A stretch of DNA of 64,000 nt, taken from the NCBI GenBank assembly GCA_043228905.1, contig JBHGNT010000013.1:248001-312000 (forward strand). The letters run 5' to 3'. A program made the position numbers and the translations under genes. The stretch's first letter is position 1. Each line of letters opens with the position of its first letter. Below, in pieces: positions 50,975 through 63,368 of this stretch. The notes beneath the pieces were generated by a model that saw only the letters and a list, made by a program, of their open reading frames with translations, ran no database searches and had not been told where the DNA came from. Source of the DNA: Azolla caroliniana (Eukaryota; Plantae; Polypodiophyta).

Positions 50975-52854
50975 AAGATGTCGAGATATTTCGCAAGTGC
51001 GTGTGGATATGAGGCGGGACCGCGGGGGCCTCGAACCAAAGAGCAAGCGAGGGAGGAGAAAGAGAGAGAGCCGGCTACGCAGGGCCGGGGATACACAGGG
51101 ACACGGCCCTTCAGCACGGAGAACGCGAACAGACACCGACACAGACAGATGCGAACGACTAAATATGTATATTAACAAAAATGGCTAACACGACTACAAC
51201 CCTCGATGGGGCTCAGGTTGGTTACAACCGAACAAGCCGGCGAACAGATGCCGATACTTGTTCGCTTCGATGCACAAAAAGGAATGGGGGGAAGCAGGTC
51301 GGAGGTGCTGCCGGAAGCACTCGGGCGTTCCTCGAAACAGCACGAGCCTCCTCGGAACCCTGCACAGAAAAGCCACGGAGCTCAAGAAGGAAGGAAACAG
51401 AGAGAGAAGCGTCCAGAAATGGTCCGACAGCACTTCGTCCTCTCCGCGCGAGATCCCTGCAACAGCTCTTTCGCGCTCCTTATATAGGCCGACGAGCAGG
51501 CCGTCGTGTCAGCTTTATTCCCTGTCCCTTTTGGACAGGGATCCGCTCCGTTTTTCACGCATCCGCGTAGTTACGCCGCCGACTCGTACAGTTCGCGCGC
51601 GCGACCGAAAAGACTGTTCGCGCGATCTTTGTCTCCACTTGAGTTAGGGCCCGTTCCTGCCGATTGTCCTCCTAATTCGCTTCTATGTACAACTTGGAGC
51701 GTGCGCGTGTGAAGAACCGGTTCCCACGCCTTGGTGCGCCGATTCCGCTTAGGGACGGTTTTCTTCACGACAACGGATCGGCAAGTTGCCGACATCTTCA
51801 CCAAGCCGCTCGGGTCGGACAAGTTGCAGCACTTTACCGAAATGCTTGGTGTTCAGCATCTTGACGTGCCGCACTTGAGGGGAAGACGCAAGGGCAAAGA
51901 CACTACCGAAACGGACAAAGGCAAAACTGTTGAACCCGTAGGTAAGTGAAGAACCGGTAGAGGTGGTGACAAGAAGAAAAATGAAGCCGAGTCGACGAAG
52001 GAAGTCGGCACATCCGAACAAGTCGGTGAACCGGCTGAAGAAGCCAAGGGAAGCACGGAGAAGGCCAAGACCCGGACGTGGTCCGATGTGGTGAGAGGCC
52101 TGAAGCCGGAAATCGAATCGGAGGATACCGATTCAGACAAGAGCTGGAACGAGTCGGAGACAGCCGATTCGGATCAACAAACGGATCCGGATGAGTCAGA
52201 TCAATGAAAGGCCAAGGAGACACGGATGCAGCGGAAGTCGATGCCATCACGGTGGAACCGATGGATCGGCAAGCGCCAGAGTCATAGCAACGAAGGAGCT
52301 GAGATGGGCCTATTGAGCAGACATGCCGAAGGTCGAGGCGTGCAGAACCAAAGGGGTCGCGACAAACGGAACCGGACCGGACAAGGAGCACGAGCAAGGC
52401 GAAGCAACGCCAAGAGAAGTCGGTTGGAAGAACCGGTTGCCATAGAGGTTGACACTACGACCCTACCTCAGGTTGAGCTTGAGGGGGAGTGTTGAGCGGC
52501 AAGCTCAACTGGAGCCGGATCGGCTGAATAAGCCTGAGCCGTAAGCGAGAGGAATCGGTATGCCGGTGAGCAAACGAGCCGGTAAGCAGTAAGGACCGGT
52601 AAGTAAGAGGAGCCGATATGCCGGATCCAATCCATAACCGGAAGCCTAGTATAGGTTAGACTACTAGGCAGTTATAGTCTCGTAGTTAGTGTTAGATGCT
52701 TGTGTGAGCATTGAAGTACACCGTACTTCTAACAGTCCCGTGTGGACTTGTATAAATAGCGTTGATGAGCGCGTTGTAGATACAAAGCACAGAGTATTAA
52801 TATAATCTTGAAAAATAGTGTGTTTTTCTCTCTCACTCTCTCTGTCTCTCCCGC

Positions 52855-52894
<40 letters not shown>

Positions 52895-53835
52895 GTTCTT
52901 TCTAACGTTTCCGCAAGCAATCTTTTACAAAGTTCAATCTCCATCATAGATAGTTAGGTTATGAAGAAAGGAAAATATTCGAACAAGGATTAAAGATTTC
53001 AAATAGGCGGATGTAATTCGGTACCACATTTGGCACATACAAGTGGAATGTGTAGGTTTGGTGGGGGTGAATGTCGTGTGGTTCTTCAAACACAATATTA
53101 AAAATAAGGAAATAATTATTTTATATTAGCTTAATGTCTTGGTATGGAAAGATGGACATCTTCAAGAGATTCCGAACGCATTTTACCACATATGAAACAG
53201 ACAACTAAGTATCAAGTTATGTGAGTATGAAGTTTGAGAAGATGGGGGGAAACAGAACTGTAAGATATCCCACATAGATATGACAACATCGAATCTAGGA
53301 GTATATAAGGAGACCTAGAACCCATTACTTCATATTTGTGTATTTGGAACACAGAATGGTTAGGGAGATCTGGGCTGAACTGCTCGAAACAATTTTGGAA
53401 CAATTCGGAACATCCAGAACGAGACACATGGTTCGGTCGTGGGTTGGTCGGGACGGACGTACGGATCGTGCACCGGCCGTAACTTAACGTGGAGGCCATG
53501 CAACTAAAGTAAACTTTATGCGGGATGTCGTAACTTAACGTGGAGGCCATGCAACTAAAGTAAACTTTATGCGGGATGTCGTAACTGAATGTGAAGTCCA
53601 TGCAACTAAAGTAAACTTTACATGTGGATGCATGCAACTGAATTGGAGATGCAAACTAGAGTTCTTTTATGCAAGTGTATCTTCGAGTGGTACATGCAAT
53701 GGAAGGGGGAAAAGTCTCATACAAAAGGAAAAAGGAAAAGAAAAAGTGGGGATCCCGAAAAGAGGAGGGAAGGAGAGAGAGGGACAGAGCAATTTTTTTT
53801 TCTCATAAGGGGAAGGAAAAATCTATCACGAGAAA

Positions 53836-54040
53836 AACCTTAACCCTAATGTTTCCTTACAAAAGGCATATCTCTGAGAAAACCCTAATTTTCCTTATGA
53901 AAGTCATATCTCTCGAAAAACCCTAAATTCCCTTACGGAAGCCATATCTCTCGAAAAACCCTAATTTTCTTTACGGAAGTCATATCTCTCAAAAAACCCT
54001 AGTTTTCCTTATGGAATCCATATCTCTCAAAAACCCTAAT
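53836..54040 (+). repeat. ~38-40 bp tandem array containing telo-boxes (AAACCCTA); paralogous array at 20370-20429 and 36419-36570
   Basis: GCCATATCTCTCGAAAAACCCTAATTTTCCTTACGGAA units. A ~51-bp array also lies at ~53479-53620. Confidence 0.85.
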
Positions 54041-54219
54041 TTTTTTTATATATTAATCTCAATAAATCTAAAACTTCTAAATCCCAATCTTGGGATAGAT
54101 TGTAATTTTCTTTTCTTTGTTAATAAAAATTACCAAACTTTCTCATTTTTGTTAACTCATAAAGCGTAAATGCACAAATCTGATATCCTTTGTCAGAGGA
54201 CCCGGGGTCCTACCTCAAG

Positions 54220-56779
54220 TTCACGTATCTTTGTCGTATTTTCACGATAGAGGTTCCTATCAATAATGTTCCAACTAACGCTACTTGAGGTGCGTAAGTT
54301 GGATATCAGTTGGGATGCATATGAATTATAAGGCATACCTGATTTAAGAATTCTCGAAATTGAGACCTTTGTACCATCAAACTTTGTTGGCAAACTAATT
54401 TTGAGTTTCTTGAAAACAAATTCTGAGAAGTTAAAGCTTGATTTCTGCAGGTTCAAACTTTCTTGAAGGAAATGCAACTAGATGCAATTTCTCTTCATGC
54501 GTTATTTGTGATAGAACACTTCCTACTGCAAAAGTAGATGCATCTACTTCTATGATAAATGGCTTTTCAAGGCCAACGTGGACTAAAATGGGAGCAGATG
54601 TAAATGCTCGCTTCAGGCTACCAAATGCATAAGCTGCACTTCACGTTCATACAAATGGTCGGTTCTTCTGTGTTAGTTCTGTGAGGGGCAAAACAACTTT
54701 TGAGTAACTCCTAATGAACTTGCGATAGAAATTCACAAATCCCAAGAAACATTAGAGATCGCGAACCGAGCCTAGTGTCTTCCAATCTAGAAGCGTTTGT
54801 ACTTTCTTTGGATCCATAGAAATACCTTCCAAAGAGACCATATACCCTAGAAATTCCACTTGATTGCGGTCAAAGCAACACTTCTTTAGTTTGGCATAAA
54901 GACCAAATTCCCGTAACTATTGCAGAACTTGTCGAACATGGTTATCATTAACAATTGGCAACGGTTCAGTTCAGTTTGTGAGGGTCCAAACCGAAACGGT
55001 TTGGAACCGAACCGTTTAAATTTTTTTTTTAAAACTTGAACCAAACCGTGAAACCGTTAAATCGAACCGTTAAACCATTTTCAAACCGTTAAAGCATTAA
55101 ATCGTAAAAACTGCAGTTTCGGTTTTCAACATAGGTCAAATTTAAATAAAATGTGAGAATAAGGTGTAAAAATGAAAAGATTGTTTAACAACATTTTTTT
55201 ACATTTTTAAAAAAAAAAATTAAAAATTAGAAACCGTTAAATCGTTTAAACCACGGTTTTTTACTATTGAAACCAAACCGAAACCTAACCATTGAAATTG
55301 TTAAGCCATTAAACCACGGTTTCGCGGTTCGGTTCAGTTCAAACTGAACCATTGCCGATTGTTAGTTATCATGCTCCTCTTGTGTCTTTGAGTAGATTAA
55401 TATGTCATACAAGTAAATAATCATGAAGATATCGAGGAAATCTCAAAAGATATCATTTTTCATATGTTGGAAAACTGTTGGAGCATTTGTAAGACCGAAT
55501 GGCATTACTGTGTACTCGAAGTGACCATATCGCGTGTGAAAAGAAATTTTCCATTCATCACCAGGTTGAATACGAACAAGGTTGTAAGCTCCACATAAGT
55601 CTAGCCTTGTGAAGTAATTGGCCCCCTGAGACGTTCCAAGAGATTTTGGAATCAATGGTAGAGCATATCGATTTCGGATCATAACCTTGTTCAAGCCTCG
55701 ATAATCTACGACCAAACGTAAAGAGCCATCTTTCTTCTTAATGAAAAAAATAGGAGCGCTAGCAGGAGAGTGAGAATATCGAATAAAGCCATTTGAAAGA
55801 TTCTCATCAATACATTCTCGATTCTTCAGTAATATCTCCTGATGCAATGGAACATCCATCGATTACTACTATAGATGCTAGATGAGGAAGCTTATAGAGT
55901 ATAATTTCTTGTGTTATGGAAAAATCCCAATCCATGAAACACAAATTGGCTCCTGAATCCAATAGCGCAAATGTAAGAACTTGATGACATCTTGATGTGC
56001 TAAGTTGAACTTGTGTCGTTAAAACTTCACTAACTCAGTTCGATGAAATAGAACCTAAGCTAGGAACAGGTTCTATATGCTTTGGTTGGTCCAACCAAAT
56101 AGCTCCGATTTTGGCTGGAGTTACTCGTTTAACAAGTCATCCATTTGGCTTAGAACATCAAAATTGTTGGACTGAGGGTTGTTCACAGGAGTTCTTGGTT
56201 TATTGACTTTGACTAGGGAGCATGAATCAAAAATATCAACAGTACTTACTTGATTTAATTGTCTCTTTGGTTGGTGTGGACAATGTATTGCTATATGTCC
56301 TAGACCACCACAATATAGGCAAAGTTGATTTGCTCGACATCGTTGTTTCTCGGCTTAAGAAAAAGGACCTTGACGACGTCCTGCATCAATCTCCATTGGA
56401 GTAGGTCCATTCAATGAATTAGGATTGGGAACTTGCATTGGTTCTAAACCTAGTGAGGCTAATGTTACAGCATATGTTTGCTTTGATCTTACGCGTGTCA
56501 ACATTTGTTGGCGCTCAAAACGTTGTTCAAACAAACGATTGTCGCATTGAACTACGTGACTAATAGCTTCTGTCAATGATTTAGGTTCATCATGAAATGT
56601 TAGGAGCAAGTCCTTAACATCATTGCGCAAACCATGCAGGAACAAGTCCATCAATGGCGCTTCATCCCAAGGGATATCATAAGCAAGAAGACGAAAATCT
56701 TTTGCGTAAGCTGAGGCTAGCCGATCTCCTTGGCACAATCTACATAACTTGTTTATTGTTGTTCTTACACTATCAGTAT
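54220..56779 (-). mobile_element. Old degenerate chromovirus-type fragment (gag, protease, RT, RNase H)
   Basis: RLCQGDRLASAY...PTPMEID (gag), [17 protein letters not shown] and MPFGLTNAP (RT), and an RNase H remnant at ~54500-54600. Confidence 0.82.
54949..55364. mobile_element. hAT-type MITE (416 bp)
   Basis: 8-bp TSD GTTATCAT at 54941-54948 and 55365-55372. 23-bp TIRs TAACAAT(T/C)GGCAA(C/T)GGTTCAGTT and subterminal AAACCG motifs. Confidence 0.9.
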
Positions 56780-58675
56780 TGTACGGAAATAGTGCTCGGC
56801 CACAACCGAGCCTTAAACAGTCAATGGAAGAAACCAACAAAAACAAGGATTGATGCACTTACACAAAATGAGACAACAACAGATGTTAACGTGGAAAAAC
56901 CCAAATCGGGAAAAACCCATGGGAGCCCACAGACTCCAACTATCACTACGAGAGGAAGGATACAATGTGAGACTCGGAGGCAACAACCTCAAGCTCTATG
57001 TCTTCGTCAGCCGGTGGTTACAATAGAAAATACTTTATGTTTCTCTCTCGCTCTATCTCTCTGTCTCTCTATGTACAACAACAATGCTCTCTTAAATAAC
57101 ACATTAGCTCGAGTAATATTTATACTCATATAACTTTACTAGCTATTTACAAATGTGGCCTCAATGGTCCCTTAGAAACATATTTACATATTTGTCTCTC
57201 TTCCGGATCCATCCAATCCGGTTTCCGGATGCTTCCAATTCCTTCTTTCAGCTCGTCTGGTTCCCATCCGAAGGGACCGAATTCCCAACAAAAATCTCCC
57301 TTCACTCGAGCATGGGATGTCTTGTCAATCTGATCCATTTCCGGCACGCATCCAACTTGTCGGCCAATAGCACCTTGGTCAACATGTCCGACCCGTTTTC
57401 TTCTGTATGGATCTTCGTTAGCAAAAACTCTTTGTCTTCTACCTTCTCCCGGAGCAAGTGATATCTCCTCTAGATGTGCTTGGTCTGGGAATGGTAGGCC
57501 CCATTCTTCGTGAGGTGGATGGCACTTCGACTGTCGCAGTAGAGCTAGAATTCCTCTTGTCGGATCCCTAATTCTCTGATCAAGTCTTTCATCTAGATTT
57601 CCTCCTTGCCGGCTTCCATGGCTACCATGTACTCTGCTTCCATTGTCGATAGTGCAACGAATTTCTACACCCTCAACTGCCATGATACGGCTCTTCCTGC
57701 ATATGTCAAGACATATCCGGATGTACACCGGCTGGTATCTACATCAGATCACATGTCTGAGTTCGTAAAGCCTTCCAGTTGGGGTTTACCAAAGCCAAAT
57801 CAGAGGCACAAGCTCAAGGTGCCTTTTGGGTATTGGTGTATCCACTTGACAGTGGCTCAATGCTCTCTTCCTGAATTGCTCATGAACTGGTTGACCACTC
57901 CAACGGCATATCCAATATCCGGTCGGGTACACACCATTGCGTACATCAAGCTTCTTACTGTAGAGGCATATGGTACCTTCATCATCTCCAAATTCTTCGT
58001 CTTTGTCTTTGGGCTTTGTTTCCCAGACAAAAAAGCTTGCAGTTTGCCGGGAGTGTGAATCCGACCGTCTTAGCATCCGACATGTTGAACCTTTGAAGTA
58101 CCTTTGTCACATACTTCTCTTGTGACAACCACAACTATTTCTTCGACCGGTCCCGGATTATATGCATTCCCAAGATCTACCTTGCCGAACCCAGATCATT
58201 CATTGAGAAGGTCCAGTTCAAAGCATTCTTCCGCATCCTGATTTTGATTCAATCTGGTCTGCAGATCAGCATGTCGTCCACATACGGTAGGAGTATCAGG
58301 AAGTCGTCTCCGTCAAATTTCTTCATGAACACGCAGTGGTCGGCTTGTGTCTTGTGGTATCTGTCATGATATGGCAAGACTCGAACCCATGACCTTATGC
58401 TACATGGGTCGAGCTCTTGACCATTAGACCATACATTATAATACGTAGAATATTATTTTCATTTATATTTTATTATAGAAAATAGATGTATATTCCAGAT
58501 TTCTCTGGAACATTCTAGAAACTTCAGGAGTACTCCTGAGAACACTATAAAAGGAGGCACAAGGCATTATTTCGAACCAAATCGGTTCAACGCCAGTCTT
58601 AAGCCTCCTAGCTACTATTGTATACTCTCTTCACATAATATATATCTTTAATCATCATTTCCTCACCCTTTCTCC

Positions 58676-58706
<31 letters not shown>

Positions 58707-61700
58707 ATCACTCTTTCCTTCTCTCGAGAGTTCTACACCTCTCTTAGTACTAATCCTCATCTTTTAGTTCTAATTCCTTCTCTATCTTAGTACTGATCCT
58801 GACAGTATCCTTGGTCGGTCATGAAGGAGTCGAACTTCTGGTACCATTGCCGGGGAGTTTGGTTCAAACTGTATAACCTCTTCTTCAACCGGCACTCCAG
58901 GTGCTCCTTCCCTTTCTTGACAAATCCCTCCGGTTGTTGCATATAGATCTCTTCTTCAAGGTCACCATGCAAGAACAATGTCTTGATGTCTAGCTACTCG
59001 AACTCAAGGTCCATGCTTGCCGGCATGCTCAACACAGTCCGAATGGATGTCATCTTCACTATCGGGGCAAAGATCTTGTCGAAATCCACTCCTTTCTTAT
59101 GCTGGAAGCCCTTCACTATGATCCGGGCTTTGTTCCTTGGTGGAGTTCTGGCATCTCCCGGTTTCAACTTGTACACCCACTTGTTCCTGAGTGCTCTTTT
59201 TCTCTTCGGTAGTTCTGTCAATTCATATGTGTGATTCTCATGTGGGGAATCCATCTCATCTTGCATGGCACTTAATCACTTGCGGTTGTGGGTGTCTTTC
59301 CGGTTCCGCCTCGTCGGTCAGCAATACATGCTCTGCAACTAGAAATCTCTGAGGGCTCTTCTCTCCCTAAGAGGATATCTCCATTGTTGAGTTTCGACCA
59401 CCGGTTCCTCCGTTTGTTCTTCATCAGACTCCAAATCGGGGTCTAATTCTTCTTTGATAGGTTCAAATCTTTGTTCGAATTAGGCTAGTTCATCATCATG
59501 GTCTTCGGTTGACATCAGGCTTCCGATCGGATGTGTCCTTGTATCTTCCATCGAATCTCTGTCGGTCGAACCAGAGTTCACTATCTTCTTCTCTGACTCC
59601 TAGTCGGCAATGGTCTTGTCTTCCATGAAGACTGTCTCCACTCCGGAAAACCTTCTTATCAACCACGTCCCACACTCAGTAGCTGAACTCATCATTACTA
59701 TACCCAAGGAATATGCATGGCCAGGTCTTCAGGTCCAATTTTGCTCTCTTGTCCTTCGCTACATGCACGTAAGAAAGACACCCAAAAACCTGTAGATGCC
59801 GGTAAGACATGTCTTTACTGATCCATACTTTCTGCGGTGTACTTCCGTCCAAGGGTGCTGAGGGTGATCTGTTTATCACATAGGACACCGTCATCAGTGC
59901 CTCAGCCCAAAACATCTTGGGTAACTTTGCATGAGTGAGCATACTCTAGATTCTCGCGTGGAACTCCTTGAAGAAGGATAATACCTGGTCGTTTGTCTTT
60001 AATGGTGAGACCCACAACTTCTAGCTATGGTCATCTATGAGCATCACGAAGTATTGTGATATGGCATGTGACTTCGTGTCCACTTGGCATACATCGATAC
60101 TCACAAGTTCTAGCGGTGCATTCTGTCCCATCGGTGGTCTTGTCTAGAAAGAGGTTTGGTTCTGCTTGCCGGCCAAGCAATCGAGGTGCACTTCTCAAGC
60201 TGCATGTCTTTCACCTACAGAATGAGGTTGTCCTCGGCAAGTTTCTGCATTCCCTTCTAGCTCTTGTACCATAGCTCATCATAAGTGTCAGATACCACGT
60301 TCACTTCTTCCTAGGATATTCGGGCATGCATCACGTACAAAGTGTTGATCTTCTGGGCTTGGGCCACGATCAAACTCCCTTTGTTGAACTTCATGTCTCC
60401 GTTCCAGATGCTACCTATGTAGCCTTCATCATCCAACCGACCGACTGATATCAGGTTCAACAGAACCTTCGGAATGTATCAGACCTCTTTCAGTGTCGTC
60501 AACCACACATTTCCTATGCCGACAATCCGGCATGCACCTTCATTCTCCATCCTCACGCAGCCATGATCTCCAACTCTATAGGATGCGAAGCACTTCCGGT
60601 CGGGAGTCAGATGGAACAACGCACCGGAGTCGACCACCCACGTCGTTTCATCGTTAACAAGATGTAGCTCGTTGTCCTCAGTGATGAGCAACAATTCTTC
60701 TTCTCTTGTCGTGATTGCCAACGTTCCTCTTCTCTCCGAAATCTTCTTTAATTCTAGACCGCCGGTTCCCCCTTTGGCTTTCCGGAAATGTCGGCAATTC
60801 TTCTAGAAGTGCCCCAGCTTTCTGCAATGAAAGCAGGTGGGCCTCCCCCTTGACTGCGACCTCGTCCCCAATTTGTCATGGTTTTGGGGACTCCGATTCT
60901 GGCCTCTTCCCGGGTTATGGTTTTCTTCCATAACCAAGGCCTTTGGATCGGTTCTGGACTCTCATTCCTTCCAGTGAGCTTCTTCGTTTAGCAGGCTTGA
61001 CTTCACTCTTGCTAGGGATAAGTTCTTTCCTTCCGGTTCGGCATTGCCCGGAGTGACAACCAACGTCTCCCAGCTATCCGAAAGGGATCCAAGCAAAAAC
61101 AGTGCCACTACCTCGTCGGTTAACGGTAGTTCGAGTGAGATAGTTTAGTTTATCAGCCCTTGGAAGACGTTCATATGCTCTGCCATGCTAGCGCCATCTT
61201 GATACCAAGGACTCACTATCTTTCGGAATACCGAGACCCGATTTACAACGTTCTTGTTCTCCAACATCGTGTCAATCTTCTTCCACACCTCATTTGCCTT
61301 GTTCTCTTCATTAAAGTTGTTGTACAGGCTCATGTCAATGAAGCATCAAATGTATGCCGTTGTTTTCATGTGCATCACCTCCCAGGTCGTGGCATCGACC
61401 TTGTCTAGTTTTTTTTCCCCAAACTATACCGGCAACCAAAGATCTTTTACCACCAACATGTCCCTCAACTTCAACTTCCATACTAGGTAGTTGGAGCCAA
61501 TGAGCTTGAACATGCCACCGAATGGATCTTCCATGCTCTGATACCAGATTGTGTGGAAATAGTCCTTGGCCACAACTGAGCCTTAAACAATCAATGGAAG
61601 AAACCAACAGAAACAAGGATTGATGCACTTACACAGAATGAAACAACACCTGATGTTAACGTGGAAAAACCCAAATCGGGAAAAAACCACGGGAGCCCGC

Positions 61701-61914
61701 AGACTCCAACTTTCACTATGAGAGGAAGGATACAATGCAAGACTCAAAGGCAACAACATCAAGCTCTATTTCTTCGTCAACCAGCGATTACAACAGAAAA
61801 TACTTTCTGTTTCTCTCTCGCTCCATCTCTCTGTCTCTCTGTTTACAACAACAATGCTCTCTTAAATAACACATTAGCCTTAGTTATATTTATACTCATA
61901 TAACTTATTGGCTA
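56780..61914 (-). mobile_element. Degenerate Ty1/copia element F; its 5' LTR is interrupted at 61914
   Basis: 3' LTR 56780-57290, PBS GCTCTGATACCA 61535-61546, 5' LTR from 61550, and gag-pol fragments. Confidence 0.9.
58362..58804 (+). mobile_element. Solo LTR of chromovirus family G2, inside copia F RT
   Basis: TGTCA...TGACA ends and perfect TSD GTATC. It matches the reverse complement of 26853-27275. Confidence 0.93.
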
Positions 61915-63345
61915 TGTAAACGATTATTCGCAGAAGCGTTAGAAAACAGAGAAGGCAGTGAATACACAGAGTACACGGGAGAGACAAAGAGAGCAGAACG
62001 TAAAAGCTATATTAAAAAACAATAATCACTCTCTGTGTATTACAACTGTGCTCATTAGCACTATATATACAAGTCCTTGTGGGACTGACAGAAGAACCGC
62101 ATACTTCAATGCTCACATGAGCATCTGACACTTACTACGAGAGTATAATTGCTTAGTAGTCTAAACTAATACTAGGCTTCTAGTTACTAATTGGATCCGG
62201 CTAACCGGCTCCCCAACTCACCGGCTCTGTTGCTTGCCGGCTCGGTTGCTCACAGCTTACCAATCCGTCTCGCTTGCCGGCTCAGGCTTATTCAACCGAT
62301 CCGGTTCCAGTTGAGCTTGCCGCTCAACACTCCCCCTCAAGCTGAACTTGAGGTTGGATCCTAGTGTCAGGCTCTATGGCAGTCGGTTCTTCCAACCGAC
62401 TTCTCCTGGCGTCGCTCCACGTTGCTCGCGCTCCTCGTCCGGTCCGGTTCTGTTTGCCAAGACCCCTCTTATTTTGCGCGCCTCAACCTTCCTGGTCGAT
62501 ATGCCTGCTCAATAGGACCCTCTCAGCTCCTTTGTTGCTATGACTCCGGTGCTTGCCGATCCGTCGGTTCCTCCGCGATGGCATCGACTTCAACTGCATC
62601 CATGTCTGCTTGGCCTTGAATTGATCCGGTTCTTCCGAATCTGTCTTTTGACCTGAATCGACTGTATCTGATTTGTTCCAACTCTTGTCCGAATCGGTTG
62701 CTCCCGATTCGTCTTCTGGTTACAAGCCCTTCTTCCTTCGGTCGGCTCTGTCCTTCTTGATTCTGCCGCCTCCTATTCTTCCCTCACCGGCGCAATTGGC
62801 AGTGTCTTTGCCTTTGCCCGTTCTGGTGTCTTTGCCCGTTCTCCCCCTCAAGTGTGGCACGTCGAGATGCTGAACACCAAGCATTTCGGTGAAGTGTTGC
62901 AACTTGTCCGATCCAAGTGATTCGGTGAAGATGTCGGCAACTTGCCGATTCGTGTGAACATACCGAAGTTCAACCTCACCGCTCAGGACTCGCTCACACA
63001 CGAAGTGATTGTGCACTTCTATGTGCTTTGTGCAAGCATGGAATACGGGGTTCTTGGCGAGTTGCGTGTTGCTTATGTTGTCGCAATAGACCAGAATCGG
63101 GGTCGGTACCTCGATCCGTAGGTCTTGCAGCAATTGCCAAAGCCAAATGGCTTCACAGGTGGCAATGGTAGCGCCCCGATACTCAGCCTCAGTGCTCGAC
63201 AGAGCAACTATTGGATGCTTTTTGCTGCTCCACGAAACAGCCGCACTACCTAAGGAAAACATATAATCGGAGGTTGATCGGCGATATGATGAATCGCCGG
63301 CCCAGTCGGCATCTGTGTAACCGACTAGCTCTTTGGGTATACCGC
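61915..63345 (-). mobile_element. Copia B-family element: 3' LTR 61915-62329, PPT and RNase H
   Basis: The LTR is homologous to 52490-52929. ORF 62720-63262 is nearly identical to copia B RNase H. Confidence 0.9.
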
Positions 63346-63368
63346 GCTAATATAACAATCTCTGGCAA

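Larger units (their letters stand above)
44463..51772 (-). mobile_element. Young, nearly intact non-chromovirus Ty3/gypsy (7.3 kb)
   Basis: 794-bp LTRs at 44463-45256 and 50979-51772 with about 5 differences by eye. TG...CA ends, TSD ACGG, PBS 50957-50974, PPT AGGTGGGGGCGGA 45257-45270. Confidence 0.97.
39068..52929 (+). mobile_element. Ty1/copia element B, interrupted by a solo LTR and by the young gypsy
   Basis: 5' LTR 39068-40296 (split), PBS TGGTATCAGAGC 40297-40308, PPT 52481-52489, 3' LTR 52490-52929, TSD AAGGT/AAGTT. Confidence 0.92.
19608..54217 (+). mobile_element. Non-autonomous gag-only LTR element that hosts the nest. 5' LTR 19608-20429 plus 36419-~36750; 3' LTR 53072-~54217
   Basis: Two ~1.1-kb direct repeats start TGTCGTGTGG, and PPT GGTGGGGGTGAA lies at 53060-53071. 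The internal gag is homologous to Gag of the gypsy at 44463-51772. No pol was seen. The LTR 3' end and TSD are not clear. Confidence 0.72.
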
